Shown here piece by piece: positions 46,393-56,574 of a stretch of 64,000 nt of DNA. The position numbers and the translations under genes are program-made. Source of the stretch: a bacterium (GTDB lineage: Bacteria > UBA8248); the NCBI GenBank assembly GCA_963692865.2, contig OY843592.1:1792001-1856000 (forward strand), in the 5' to 3' direction. Each line of letters begins with the position of its first letter. The first letter of the stretch is position 1. The notes beneath the pieces were generated by a model, which was not told the origin of the DNA, did not search any database, and was given only the letters and a program-made list of their open reading frames with translations.

Positions 46393-47255
46393 GGATAAAG
46401 CCCCCGCACCAGGTCGTCCAGCCCGTCTACGATGTACTGGGACACGCTCGAAAAACGCGGGTAGGGGATCTCGACGATCTTCTTCTCCCGCAGGGGGGCG
46501 TAGACCGCATTCGTAAGGATGACGTCCTTCATCCCCGCGCCCGATTCGGGATTCGCCCCCACCATGATGACGTCGGGGTTCCATGAGACGATCCGCTCCG
46601 CGGACACCCTGCGCGCTCCCTGAATCCCTCGTTCGGCGGCCACGTTCTCCCCGCCCGCGAGGCGGATGAGCGCGTCGTGCGAGGTGCCCGCGCCCGTCAC
46701 CCAGCCGTCTCTCACCAGCGTGAGGATGCGCGGGGGTTTCATACGGGGCGGAATGCGCGAGCGTATGGCGTGAATCCTCTCTCTCGCATTTTTTATGAGT
46801 CTCTCCGCTTTTTCTTCTTCTCCAATCAGGCGGCCCATCTTCTCGATGCTTTTGAAAACGTCCGCAACGCCGCTGAAGGCGGAGAATTTGGAGACGGGAA
46901 CTTTGGCGGCGCGCAGGTGGTTCAGGAACGCGGCGCTGGAGTATGAGGCGACGAACACCACCTCCGGCTTCAGGGCGATGATGCGCTCGGGCGCGCCGTC
47001 GATGAGGGGGATGCCGCGCGCTTGCCCGGCGACGTTGGAATAGCCCGGATGTCCGGCCAGCTTGTGCAGGCCGACGATTCTTTCTCTCGGGGCGAGCGCC
47101 AGGAGCATCTCGGCGGTGGCGAGCGTCATGGCGATCAGGCGCGCGGGCTTCCCGGCGGCGCGGGCGGGCGCGGCGCCGCCCGGAGTCGGGGAGAGAGCAG
47201 CTCCCATGAGAGCCGCCGCCAGGAAGAAAATCTTGAGCTTACCGCATACTCGCAT
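46389..47255 (-). CDS. Periplasmic binding protein (BtuF-like)
   Basis: Signal peptide; 'ERIIALKPEVV', 'LIRLAGGENV', 'ERIVSWNPDVI'. Confidence 0.85.
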   Translation of the reverse strand: MRVCGKLKIFFLAAALMGAALSPTPGGAAPARAAGKPARLIAMTLATAEMLLALAPRERIVGLHKLAGHPGYSNVAGQARGIPLIDGAPERIIALKPEVVFVASYSSAAFLNHLRAAKVPVSKFSAFSGVADVFKSIEKMGRLIGEEEKAERLIKNARERIHAIRSRIPPRMKPPRILTLVRDGWVTGAGTSHDALIRLAGGENVAAERGIQGARRVSAERIVSWNPDVIMVGANPESGAGMKDVILTNAVYAPLREKKIVEIPYPRFSSVSQYIVDGLDDLVRGLYP

Positions 47256-47279
47256 CCGCCGCCCTTTGCGAAAAGTCCC

Positions 47280-48222
47280 GCCTCGCCGCCGTATCGTCCT
47301 CACCCTGAGTAGCCGCCGAAGGCGGCGTATCGAAGGGGATGCCCGTTCGTCCCTCGATACGGCGCGCAGGCGCGCCTGCTCGGGATGAGGGGGTTTTTCA
47401 ACAGCCCCTTGAGGGGGTTGTTCAAAAAATCCCACAGAGGGAGCGCGCTGAATTTCACTCCCTCCTTGAGGGGGTTGTTCAAAAAGTCTTCCTCGGCCGG
47501 TCGATTCCTCCCTCATCGGTCGGAACCGACCACCGCCGTCATTCCGGCGCATGCCGGAATCCAGGGACTTTGCCTTTTCGTTTTTGCTCTTCGCCTTTTC
47601 CCACACGAGCAGTCGGAACATGAAAGGCCGAAGCATCTTGATCCTGATCGGCTCTGGATTCCGGCTTTCGCCGGAATGACGAACCCAAACCGCTTCCCTC
47701 CCTTTTCAATCGGGCTCGACTCCCAAGGCCTTCTTCAAAAACCCCTTGCGAGCCGGTCGGGATCTCACCGCAGGGGCCGCATATCATGCGGCCCTGCCTT
47801 GTCGCCTTCACAATACGGGTCGCATGATATGTCGGACATATATGTCCGACCTACAAACAAATTGTCTCTCTCCAGCTTTTTCAACAGCCCCTTGTCAGGA
47901 GGGTATAAAAAGGCGATGCGCCCCCGACGGGCAGAAGTGGCTTTGCTTTTTCTTGCCCCCTGTCGGGGGCTTTCATTTCTTACCCCCCTGTCAAGGGGGG
48001 GTAGGGGGGGGTGGTTTTACCCTCTCAGGGGCTGTTGAAAACGCCTCCAAAGTGGTTGTTACTCCCTCCATTGAGTATTTTCGCCGGAATGACGGCGGTG
48101 GTCGGTTCCGACCGAGCGAGAAGAGGTTTTTCAACAGCCCCGTATGCGACCCCTGCAAAATCAACCCCATTCGCCAAACCCATAGCGTCAAATGCGCTCA
48201 CATTGGACTTTTTCAACAACCC
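47280..48222. repeat. ~0.95-kb REP/MITE mosaic inside the btu operon
   Basis: GTCATTCCGGCG..GCCGGAATCC doublets, CCCCTTGAGGGGG, GTCGGACATATATGTCCGACCTAC, repeated TTTTTCAACAGCCCC. Confidence 0.8.
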
Positions 48223-50274
48223 CTAGAAGATCGCCCTTACGCCCGCGAACCACTGCCTTCCCGGCGCGCTGAAGCCGTAAATGGCGTCGTATTCCTCATC
48301 GAGCGCGTTGTTCACCTTGAGCTCCACCGCCAGCTTCTTGAGCCTGGATTTCCTCGTCCTGTCGAACATCGAGACGCCGTCCTTCACGACGTCGAAGGAG
48401 AGCGCCAGGTCCACCCGCGTGAAGCCGGGGTTCACCACCCTCGGGTAGGGCCAGGGTCGGGAGTCGTCGATGTCCCGCCTGTCGCTCACCGTGTTCACCC
48501 TTAAGCTCGCTCGCAGGCGGTCCGGGTGATAGCTGACCGAGGCGCTCCACCACCAGTCCGGGCGCCTCAGGAGCGCTTCTCCCTCCACGTAGTTCGGCGC
48601 GCCGAGGCCTCCGGTTTCGAGCGCGACGGTGTCCATCGCGTTGAAGCTCGCATGGGCCGAGAAGTCGTTGAAATCGATCAGGGATAAAGAAACTTCCGCG
48701 CCCTTGACCCGCGCCTTCTGGATGTTCTCGTAGTTCGTGCCGTTGGCGAATTTATTGAACGAATAGGCGATCAGGTCGTCGATTTCATTCACGTAATACG
48801 TGGCGCTGAATTTGAGTTTTTTGTTCGCCATGAACTGATCGAAACCGATCTCCCGGCTGCGCTGTCTTTCGCTTCTCAGGTTCGGGTTGCCGGGGCCGTA
48901 GACGTCGAGCAACTCGGCGAAGGAAGGCCGCTTGACGCCCTCGCCCACCGCGCCGCGAACCCGCGCGCCGGTTCCGGGGATTTTGTAGGAGGCGGAGAGC
49001 TTGCCGGTCGTCTCGTCCTCGCCTACGTCGAAATCATCCAGCCGCGCACCGCCCGCGAGGGTGAGGCCGCCCCGGAAGCGGAACTGCTGCTGCGCGTATA
49101 TAGAGGTGGCCCGCCTGTCGCTGTCGTATTCGTTCTCGCCCGAGCCGAAGGAATTCTCATAAGCGCTCTTGATGGAGATGTCCTCTGTCTCCCACTCGAC
49201 GCCCAGCGTGGACGTGGAGCGGCGAAGGACGCTTAAGCCGAGTTGTTCCCCGGAGAGCCTCACGTGGACTTGATTGTCGAAATGGAGCCTCGTTCCGCTC
49301 GTGTCCGTTTTGTCGGAGCCGGGGTTGATCGCGTCCGGCTTGTTCTCGAACAGCGTGTCTCTCAGGTACAAGGAGACGCGCGGGACGTATTCGAGCCAGG
49401 AGAAGGGCTTGAGATGCGCCCGCGCGCCGATGAGCTGCTCGGTGTTTCTCCCGTATTTGTTGGGTTCTCGGTAACCCGCATGAGCCGGTCCGGGGATGTC
49501 GTATCGGTTCTGGTTGACGTGGTAGAGAAAGCGAACCTTCGCCTTGTCCGAGAGGAAATGATCCAGCCCCACCGTCCCCACGGTGCGGTAGTAGCCGCCG
49601 TTGGGCAGGTGGCCCTCCGTGTCGAGGCGGCTTAAAGTCGCGGCGTATCCGCTCCTCGCCGTTCCCCCCTTGAGCTTGAACGTCTCCTCGAACGTGTCGC
49701 CGCTGCCTCCCCTCGCGCGGACGGTGAAGGAAGGCGCCTCGCCGGGTTTCCCGACGTCGGGCAGGAAGTTCATGACGCCCGAAGCCGCGTCCGAGCCGTA
49801 AAGGGGGCTTTGGGGTCCCTTGAGGATTTCGGCTGTGTCCACCCACTCAGGGGATAAATGCCCGAAGTCATACGCGCTCCCGTCCGGGAAGGTGAGCTTG
49901 AAGCCGTCGATCATCACGCTGGTGAAGTTGCTCTCGCTCCCCCTCAGGAAGAGGCTCGCCTGCCCGCCCCTGCCGCTCGCCTGCGGGAGGACGACGCCCG
50001 CCCCCTCGCTCAGGAAGTCGAGCATGTCGCCGGGCAGGAGGCTCTCGATTCTATCGGGGCCGAACACCTCCACCGAATCGGCCACGTCGCTCAGCCGCTC
50101 GGGCGTCCGCGTGGCCGTGACGGTGATGGGGTCGAGGTAGAGTTCTTCCTCGGCGCTTTGCGCGACGGCATTGCCTGATGCTCCCAACAGGATGAGCGCC
50201 GCGAGCCATACAGCGGACATGGCCCGTATCAGGCGGATGGATGATCGGGTGGGTTTTCTTGCGATGCCTTGCAT
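48223..50274 (-). CDS. TonB-dependent receptor (BtuB-like)
   Basis: TonB box 'DPITVTATR', 'LRG...MIDG', 'EILKGPQSPLYGSDA', C-terminal F; lies downstream of cobalamin riboswitches. Confidence 0.9.
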   Translation of the reverse strand: MQGIARKPTRSSIRLIRAMSAVWLAALILLGASGNAVAQSAEEELYLDPITVTATRTPERLSDVADSVEVFGPDRIESLLPGDMLDFLSEGAGVVLPQASGRGGQASLFLRGSESNFTSVMIDGFKLTFPDGSAYDFGHLSPEWVDTAEILKGPQSPLYGSDAASGVMNFLPDVGKPGEAPSFTVRARGGSGDTFEETFKLKGGTARSGYAATLSRLDTEGHLPNGGYYRTVGTVGLDHFLSDKAKVRFLYHVNQNRYDIPGPAHAGYREPNKYGRNTEQLIGARAHLKPFSWLEYVPRVSLYLRDTLFENKPDAINPGSDKTDTSGTRLHFDNQVHVRLSGEQLGLSVLRRSTSTLGVEWETEDISIKSAYENSFGSGENEYDSDRRATSIYAQQQFRFRGGLTLAGGARLDDFDVGEDETTGKLSASYKIPGTGARVRGAVGEGVKRPSFAELLDVYGPGNPNLRSERQRSREIGFDQFMANKKLKFSATYYVNEIDDLIAYSFNKFANGTNYENIQKARVKGAEVSLSLIDFNDFSAHASFNAMDTVALETGGLGAPNYVEGEALLRRPDWWWSASVSYHPDRLRASLRVNTVSDRRDIDDSRPWPYPRVVNPGFTRVDLALSFDVVKDGVSMFDRTRKSRLKKLAVELKVNNALDEEYDAIYGFSAPGRQWFAGVRAIF

Positions 50275-50342
50275 GAGAAGACGCCTCCTTGAGCGGCCCT
50301 GGCGCTCGTAATCGACCCTTCGCGGGTCTCGGTGGAGATAAC

Positions 50343-50486
50343 GCCGGCAGGCCGGTCTTCTGGCTCGCGCCGATGGCCGCCCCTCATTCCTTCCCGGGTG
50401 TGTCCCGGTGGACTGCATGGGGGGCGCGTCGCTTACAGCTGCCGGGCAGCTCCGGTTTCGCACCGGATTCCCGTACACCTGCCGGC
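50343..50486 (-). promoter_or_regulatory. Cobalamin riboswitch (proximal)
   Basis: Minus strand: P1 GCCGGCAGG/CCTGCCGGC, GGGAATCCGGTGCGAAACCGGAGCTGCCCGGCAGCTGT, GGGAAG, B12 box GAGCCAGAAGACC. Confidence 0.88.
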
Positions 50487-50519
50487 TGTTTCAGCGGCGG
50501 TTTGCTCCGCCGCGCTTGT

Positions 50520-50755
50520 GGCTGTTGAAAAAGCCTCCCAAAAACAAGAAATGGATTACTCAATCGACATACGCTTGTGAAATAACACCCCCTTGCAGAG
50601 CGGCCAACAACCACTCCCCCCTTGAGGGGGTTGTTGAAAAAGCCGGCGAGGGAAAATTTATTTGTGTGTAGGTCGGACATATATGTCCGACATATATGCG
50701 ACCCTGAATTTTTTCACCCACTACACGGGCCGCATGTATGCGGCCCCTACAAAAG
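50520..50755. repeat. REP mosaic between the two riboswitches
   Basis: GTTGAAAA, CACTCCCCCCTTGAGGGGG, GTAGGTCGGACATATATGTCCGAC, GGGCCGCATGTATGCGGCCCCTAC. Confidence 0.78.
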
Positions 50756-50949
50756 CCGTCCCTTCCCCGGTCGCGTCAAACCTTCATTTATCGGGACTTT
50801 TCACCAACTCCCGCTTATAACAAAAGATCGGGCGCGCATCCGCCGTGTTGAGCGCGTGCTCTGGTCGCTGCTCTCGATTCGGGGCGTGATGATGCGCAAG
50901 ATACCACCCACCTCCCGTTCCGCGAGGACGTGACGGGTCAAAAGATTGA

Positions 50950-51107
50950 CGCAGGTCGGTCTCCTGGCTTCCGGATCATCCTACTCACGGCCCCTTCCCG
51001 GCGGCGTGCGCCAGTGGATATGGCCGCTTTCGTCCCCGGTCACAGTGGCGGGTCCGCGCCGGATTCTCACCGGCTTCCCGGGCTTTCACCGAGAAAGCCC
51101 ACCTGCG
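50950..51107 (-). promoter_or_regulatory. Cobalamin riboswitch (distal)
   Basis: Minus strand: P1 CGCAGGT/ACCTGCG, GGGAAGCCGGTGAGAATCCGGCGCGGACCCGCCACTGT, CCACTGG..GGGAAGG, AAGCCAGGAGACC. Confidence 0.9.
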
Positions 51108-51164
51108 ACGGGTCGGAACAAATCCAAGTCAACTCAATGAATCAACGCGCTACAATGAGCAGTA

Positions 51165-51668
51165 TTACACCGCCTCGTACTTGTCGCGCGTGATGGTGTC
51201 GAGATCGATGCCTTCGATGCGGACGAGGCGCGTCTCCCCCTCGCGCTTGGGCGAGTGGAATTCCCCCACGTCATAGGCCTTGGAGAGACCCGGCGTGAGG
51301 TCGTAGCTGCGCACGGCGCGCACCTTGCCGGGCGCCGCGCCGTTGGGCCGCTCGACGAGCTCGTAGTCCGTCATCGTGGTGGTTCCCACCGCCTGGCCGT
51401 AGATGGCCCACGATTCGCCGTGATCGTGCGGGGAGCTTCCGGTCACGCCCTTGTGCACGTGGGCGAAGATGCAAAAGCCGAGTTCGGGGTCCTTGTACAG
51501 CATCTGGCGGGGGGAGTCGTTGTCCGGCCCCAGGTGCTCCTGCACGAACTCCTGGTTCACCAGCACTTTCTCCAGGGCGTCGCTCACCTTCTGGAGGCCC
51601 GCCTTGCTCGAATCCGCTTTCAGTATGTCGTGGCATTCGGCTGCGAATTTGTCGAGAATTTCACCCAT
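51165..51668 (-). CDS. Cupin (cysteine dioxygenase-like) protein
   Basis: 'SPHDHGESWAIYG' HxH motif and downstream 'EFHS'. Confidence 0.7.
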   Translation of the reverse strand: MGEILDKFAAECHDILKADSSKAGLQKVSDALEKVLVNQEFVQEHLGPDNDSPRQMLYKDPELGFCIFAHVHKGVTGSSPHDHGESWAIYGQAVGTTTMTDYELVERPNGAAPGKVRAVRSYDLTPGLSKAYDVGEFHSPKREGETRLVRIEGIDLDTITRDKYEAV

Positions 51669-51833
51669 CGTTCGCTCTCCTTGTAATTGAGAGATTGATT
51701 TTTTCCTCATTTTAACGGCAGCCCGCGTCTTTTGCAAAACGATTGAGAGGGGAGCGTGCTTTTCCCGGTTTCGGTGTATGATTCGCGGACAACTTCAATA
51801 CGGCGGAAAACGAACTTATTGCATGGAGCTTTG

Positions 51834-52610
51834 ATGGATTCGGCGAAACAGCGCAACATCGAGACCTTCACGCGGATGGCCGAGACCTACGGCGGCTATT
51901 ACAGCGACGCGGAACAGGCGCGCCTCGGCGCGATGGCCGAGCGGGTCGGTTTCGGCGCGGGTTCCTGTCTGGTCGATTTCGGGATGGGCACGGGCACGTC
52001 CGCAAAGCCCTTTCTGGCGGCGGGCGGGAGCGTGGTGGGGTTGGACCTCACCCCCGCGATGGCCACCAGAGGGCGCGAGCGCCTGCGCGAATGGGGGCTT
52101 GAGGCGAACGCCCGCTACGTCATGGCGAACGCGCACGACGCGCCCCTTCAGGCTGCGGCCGCCGACGCGGCCATCTGCAGGCACACGTTCCATCATCTGG
52201 ATGACCCCAAAAAAGTTTTCGCCGAAATGGCCCGCGCCGTCCGTCCTGGCGGCCACGTCTTCCTGATCGACTATCACTACCCGGACGAGGCGGAGGAGCG
52301 CGAGAAAATAGAGGCGCTCGACAGAATCCGCGAGCCGACCATCACGCGGCATTTATCCGGTAAGGAAATGGAAGACTTGTTCAGGAAAGAGGGAATCGAG
52401 ATCGCGGAGACCGTCGTCGACCGCACGGAAACGACCTTCGATGAGTGGATGGACATCGCCAAGACCTCGCCGGACGAGTTCCCGAAACTGAGAGCCGCCT
52501 TCGAGGCGCTGCGCGATCGGGGCGGAAGCTGGTATGAGGAAAGCGGCGAGGGCGCGGAATTCTCCATCATCAGAAAACGCCTGACCATACTGGGCCAAAA
52601 ACCGGCCTGA
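51834..52610 (+). CDS. Class I SAM-dependent methyltransferase
   Basis: 'LVDFGMGTG', 'GLDLTPAM', 'FHHLDDP', 'RAVRPGG'. Confidence 0.88.
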   Translation: MDSAKQRNIETFTRMAETYGGYYSDAEQARLGAMAERVGFGAGSCLVDFGMGTGTSAKPFLAAGGSVVGLDLTPAMATRGRERLREWGLEANARYVMANAHDAPLQAAAADAAICRHTFHHLDDPKKVFAEMARAVRPGGHVFLIDYHYPDEAEEREKIEALDRIREPTITRHLSGKEMEDLFRKEGIEIAETVVDRTETTFDEWMDIAKTSPDEFPKLRAAFEALRDRGGSWYEESGEGAEFSIIRKRLTILGQKPA

Positions 52611-52621
52611 ATATCTTTTCT

Positions 52622-52957
52622 CCTCAAAGCTCCTGTGGCGCGCGCGATGTTCGATTCCCACCCTCAGCAGTTGCGAAGCAGCATTTGACGCGATTGATGA
52701 GGGGTTGTTGAAAAAGCCCCCCTCGGTAGTAATTGACGAGCGGGAAAGGGGATGTTTGTAGGGGCCGCATACATGCGGCCCTGGTTTTTGTGTCCACGAA
52801 AAGGGACGCATGTATGCGTCCCCTACACCGAACGGCGGCCGTAGTAGGGCCGTTCGCGAACGGCCCCTGCAAGATCGTCAGATCGGCGCGGGTGCCTGTC
52901 CTGTCGCGCTCGGGATGAGGGGGGGTGTTCGTTGCTCCCCTCAAAGCTCCTGCGGCG
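52622..52957. repeat. REP-containing insert bounded by an 18/19-bp direct repeat
   Basis: CCTCAAAGCTCCTG(T/C)GGCG at 52622-40 and 52939-57; inside are GTAGGGGCCGCATACATGCGGCCC and GGGCCGTTCGCGAACGGCCC. Confidence 0.7.
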
Positions 52958-54632
52958 GGCTGCCCAATGGTGCGGGCTTCACGACCGCGTCGATGAGGTA
53001 GGGTTTGTCGCCCCGGGCGGCTTCCGCGAGGCGCGCCTCCAGTTCATCGGGCGAATGGACGCGCGCCGCCTCCACGCCCATCGATTCCGCCAGCTTGATG
53101 AAGTCGAGGCTGGGTTCCGTCAGGTCCATGCCGACGAAGCGATTAAACTCCTTCGCCTTGCCGTCCAGGGCGAGTACGCGCCCTTTCAGGATGTGGTAGG
53201 CCCCGTTGTTCGCGATGACGAAAATTGCGCCGACCCCGTATTTCGCCGCCGTCCAGAGGGTCTGGTTGGAGTACATGGCCGATCCATCCCCCGAGAGGCA
53301 GATGACGGGACGATCCGGCGTCGCTATCTTGGCGCCCAGCGCCATGGGCAGGCCGTTACCGATGCCGCCGCCTTTTCTCCCGAAAATCTGGGACGCGTTG
53401 CGCCCCACCGCTCGCCGGAAGCCGGGCCCGGCGGAGGTGAGCGCCTCATCCACCCACACGGACCCCTCGGGCGCGCCCGCGCCGAGCGCGCGGTGAAAGG
53501 CGGGGAGCGGCATGCCTTCCGAATAATCGTCTTCTTCTGCCGGGGGAGATGCGGTCTCTTGCGCGCTCTGGTTTTCCCCCGCGAGCCGCTCCGCGCGCGC
53601 TTTCGCTCGTTCGGCTTCAACCGCCGTCTGCGCGCGCGCCACGGCCTCAGTCAAAACGGGAAGCGTCGTTTTCGGGTCGCCGTAGAGTGCGGCGTCGAGC
53701 CCGAAGTTCTTGCCCATCTCCCAGGCGCTCAGGTCCAGATGAACCACGCGGCAGCTCTCGGGCAGCGGCCGCACGTCGGCGGGGTATGAGAACAGGAAAA
53801 CCTCCGTGCCGACCAGGAAGACCAGGTCTGATTCCGAAAGACGCTCTCTCAAGGGCCCCGCGAGGATGGGGAGTTTCCCGGCGTAGAGCGGGTGCGCCAT
53901 GGGATATGCGATCACGTTGGCGAAGTTCTCCTCATACGCCTTCGCGCCGATTTGCTCGGCGAAGCGCGCCAACTCATCCAGCGCGCCCGAATGCGCCACG
54001 CCCGCGCCTGCGACGATGCAGGGCCGCTCGGCTCGCGCGATGAGCGCGGCCGCCGCCTCGATGGACTCGGCCGATGCGGCGAAGCGCGTGTGGATGCGCG
54101 TGGGTTTTTCCTGGAGACCCGAAGCGGCGCTGAGCATGACGTCGCCGGGCAGGGAGAGGAAGACCGGCCCCGTCGGCGGCGTGAGGCTCACCTTGACGGC
54201 GCGCCGCACGGCCTGTTCCAGGTCCTCGACGCGTCGCACCTCGTAGGACCACTTCACGAGCGGCTCCGCCATGCGCGCGAGATCGTCATGGAGGATGATT
54301 TCCTGAAAATGTCCGCTCTGGGGCTGGTTGCCGGCGGTGACGAGCATGGGCGCGCCCGAGCGCTTTGCGTTGTAGAGGAGTCCCATCGCGTTGCCGAGGC
54401 CGGGCGCCACGTGGAGGTTCACGGCGGCGGGCCTGCCGGTGCTGAGGCCGTATCCCTCCGCCGCCGAAACCGCCACGCCCTCGTGCAGCGTGAGGATGAA
54501 CTCGAGCCTCTCCTCGTTCACCAGCGCGTCCATGAGGGGGAGTTCCGTCGTGCCCGGGTTTCCGAACAGGTGCGTCACGCCCTCATCGAGCAGGGTTTCG
54601 AGCAGCAAGGATGCGCCGTTCGCGTTTCTCAT
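52941..54632 (-). CDS. ThDP-dependent enzyme, benzoylformate decarboxylase-like
   Basis: 'FGNPGTTELP', 'LHE', 'NLHVAPGLGNAMG', 'GDGSAMYS...NNGAY'. Confidence 0.88.
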   Translation of the reverse strand: MRNANGASLLLETLLDEGVTHLFGNPGTTELPLMDALVNEERLEFILTLHEGVAVSAAEGYGLSTGRPAAVNLHVAPGLGNAMGLLYNAKRSGAPMLVTAGNQPQSGHFQEIILHDDLARMAEPLVKWSYEVRRVEDLEQAVRRAVKVSLTPPTGPVFLSLPGDVMLSAASGLQEKPTRIHTRFAASAESIEAAAALIARAERPCIVAGAGVAHSGALDELARFAEQIGAKAYEENFANVIAYPMAHPLYAGKLPILAGPLRERLSESDLVFLVGTEVFLFSYPADVRPLPESCRVVHLDLSAWEMGKNFGLDAALYGDPKTTLPVLTEAVARAQTAVEAERAKARAERLAGENQSAQETASPPAEEDDYSEGMPLPAFHRALGAGAPEGSVWVDEALTSAGPGFRRAVGRNASQIFGRKGGGIGNGLPMALGAKIATPDRPVICLSGDGSAMYSNQTLWTAAKYGVGAIFVIANNGAYHILKGRVLALDGKAKEFNRFVGMDLTEPSLDFIKLAESMGVEAARVHSPDELEARLAEAARGDKPYLIDAVVKPAPLGSPPQEL

Positions 54633-54667
54633 CTATCTGGCCTCTGGATGTGTGGATACGATATGGA

Positions 54668-55402
54668 TTAGTGGAAATGAATGCCGCCGTTCAGCAGAAG
54701 GGTCTGTCCGGTGATGTAGCCGTTTCGGACCATCAGCATGACGGCGTCGACCGTCTCCTCCACCGTCCCGAACCTCCCCATCGGGGAGTGAGGCGCGGTT
54801 ACGCCGAGGTCGTCGGTCATCATGTCGGTCTTTACGACAGCAGGCGCCACGCTGTTCACCGTGATTCCTTCTTTCACCAGGGCGGCGGCGTAGGCGTGGG
54901 TGAGGCCGTGCATGCCCGCCTTGGACGCCGCGTAGTGCGGGCCGATGCGCCCGCCCGTGAATGCGGCGTTCGATGAGATGTTCACGATTCTTCCCCAACG
55001 CGCTTCCTTCATGCCGGGCAGGACGGCCTGGGTGAGCAGGAACGCGGATTTGAGGTTCACGTCGAGCGTGGCGTCCCAGTCGGATTCGGTGAGTTCATCG
55101 AAGGGTTTCTTGATGGCGATCCCGGCATTGTTGACGAGCATCGAGACGGGGCCGAAGCGCTCCCTCGTCTCATCCACCAGGCGTCGCACGTCTTGAGCGT
55201 CCGAAACGTCCGCCTTAACGACAAAGGCCTCCCCGCCCGCTTCATCTATCCGGCGGCGGGTTTCCTCCGCTTCGTCCGCGCGTTCGCGGTAGTTCACCGC
55301 CACGCGGCAGCCCGCGCTCCCCAGCGCCACCGCGCATCCGCGTCCGATTCCCCGGCTCGCGCCGGTGACGATGCAGGTTTTTCCCCTCAAGTCCGTGGCC
55401 AT
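54668..55402 (-). CDS. SDR oxidoreductase (FabG-like)
   Basis: TGASRGIG, NNAG, YAASK. Confidence 0.92.
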   Translation of the reverse strand: MATDLRGKTCIVTGASRGIGRGCAVALGSAGCRVAVNYRERADEAEETRRRIDEAGGEAFVVKADVSDAQDVRRLVDETRERFGPVSMLVNNAGIAIKKPFDELTESDWDATLDVNLKSAFLLTQAVLPGMKEARWGRIVNISSNAAFTGGRIGPHYAASKAGMHGLTHAYAAALVKEGITVNSVAPAVVKTDMMTDDLGVTAPHSPMGRFGTVEETVDAVMLMVRNGYITGQTLLLNGGIHFH

Positions 55403-55529
55403 TCCATGTCCTCACAGTATGTATAAGAGGCTCGTATCCTAATTCATCCGCCGCGGGAAGGGCAGTCGCGGCTGGGAATTTTATGATGGCCGGCGCTGTA
55501 GGACAGTCACATTGTAGAACCTCAAGACA

Positions 55530-56414
55530 TCACTCCCCCCACACGACGGCCCATGCGCCCAGCACTGAGCAGGCCCCGCCGATGATGACCTGCGCGCTCA
55601 CGCGCTCTTGTTTCCTGAAAAAAAGCCAGGAGAAGAGGATGACGATCAGGATCGAGAGCCGGTTGATGGGAACCACCTGGATGACCTCGCCGTCCTTGAT
55701 CGCCCACCAGAAGAAGAACGCGGCCAGGAAGTTGCACGTCGCGCCCAGCGTCGTGACGAGGAGCGAATGTCGGGTGAAGGGGCCGCTTTTCATCTGGAGC
55801 GTCGGGAAGAAGAAGGCGCTGGCGAGCAGGAGCGTGAGCGTCGTCATGTTCGAGACGCTCATCCCCAGCGTAACCGAGGGGATGTGGACGAAGCCGTATT
55901 TGCGCACGATGTGGGAGATGCTCGCAAAGGCCGCGCCCGCCACGGGGATGAGGTAATAGGTGAGCGGGATGCGCCTCCGGGCGGCTTTCTTGTCGTAGAG
56001 GAGCAGGACGCCTCCCGCCATGATGCCCAGCGTCCCGGCCGCCACCAGTGGGGTGAGCCTCTCGCCGAGCAGGAGCACGGCCAGCCCCGAGGACCAGACG
56101 AGGCCCGTCTGCGTCAGGATGGGCGTGCGGGCCAGCCCCACCAGCTTGATGGATATCATCCCCATGTAGCGCCCGCCCAGACCGCCGACCGCGCCCACGA
56201 GGACGAACCACAGGATTCCGTAGAGCGGCCAGTGGCCGAGTCCTTCGCCCATCGCGTAGAGGCCGAGCGCGAAGATGGTGGTGATGACGGTCGCGATCAC
56301 CGTCGTCACGAGCGGGCTCAGGCTCATGAGCGCCCCCCGGTAGAGCGTCCTGGCGACGGAGATGAAAAACGCCGAGAGAAGCGCCATCAGGTTGGGATGC
56401 AGGGAGTCGAACAA
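55530..56414 (-). CDS. DMT/EamA-family transporter
   Basis: About 10 TM segments in two repeats; 'LLGERL', 'KQERV'. Confidence 0.8.
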   Translation of the reverse strand: MFDSLHPNLMALLSAFFISVARTLYRGALMSLSPLVTTVIATVITTIFALGLYAMGEGLGHWPLYGILWFVLVGAVGGLGGRYMGMISIKLVGLARTPILTQTGLVWSSGLAVLLLGERLTPLVAAGTLGIMAGGVLLLYDKKAARRRIPLTYYLIPVAGAAFASISHIVRKYGFVHIPSVTLGMSVSNMTTLTLLLASAFFFPTLQMKSGPFTRHSLLVTTLGATCNFLAAFFFWWAIKDGEVIQVVPINRLSILIVILFSWLFFRKQERVSAQVIIGGACSVLGAWAVVWGE

Positions 56415-56574
56415 GTGGAAAACTCTAGATAAGAGAAAACGCCATTATCCACGGGCGGGTAGGGCGGGGCAAGGCGGAGAGGTTTCGAGCGGAAAGGGAG
56501 GATTGCGTCTTTGTAGGGGCGGACACGCAGGTCCGCCCCTACGGGGGAAAACCAGCCAGAAATTGCCGAGGAAA

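Noticed and set aside
47256-47636. Long N-terminal extensions of the btuF, btuB, racemase and UbiD ORFs
   Set aside because: They run through repeats, riboswitches or neighbouring genes; downstream starts fit the domain boundaries and, where visible, an RBS.
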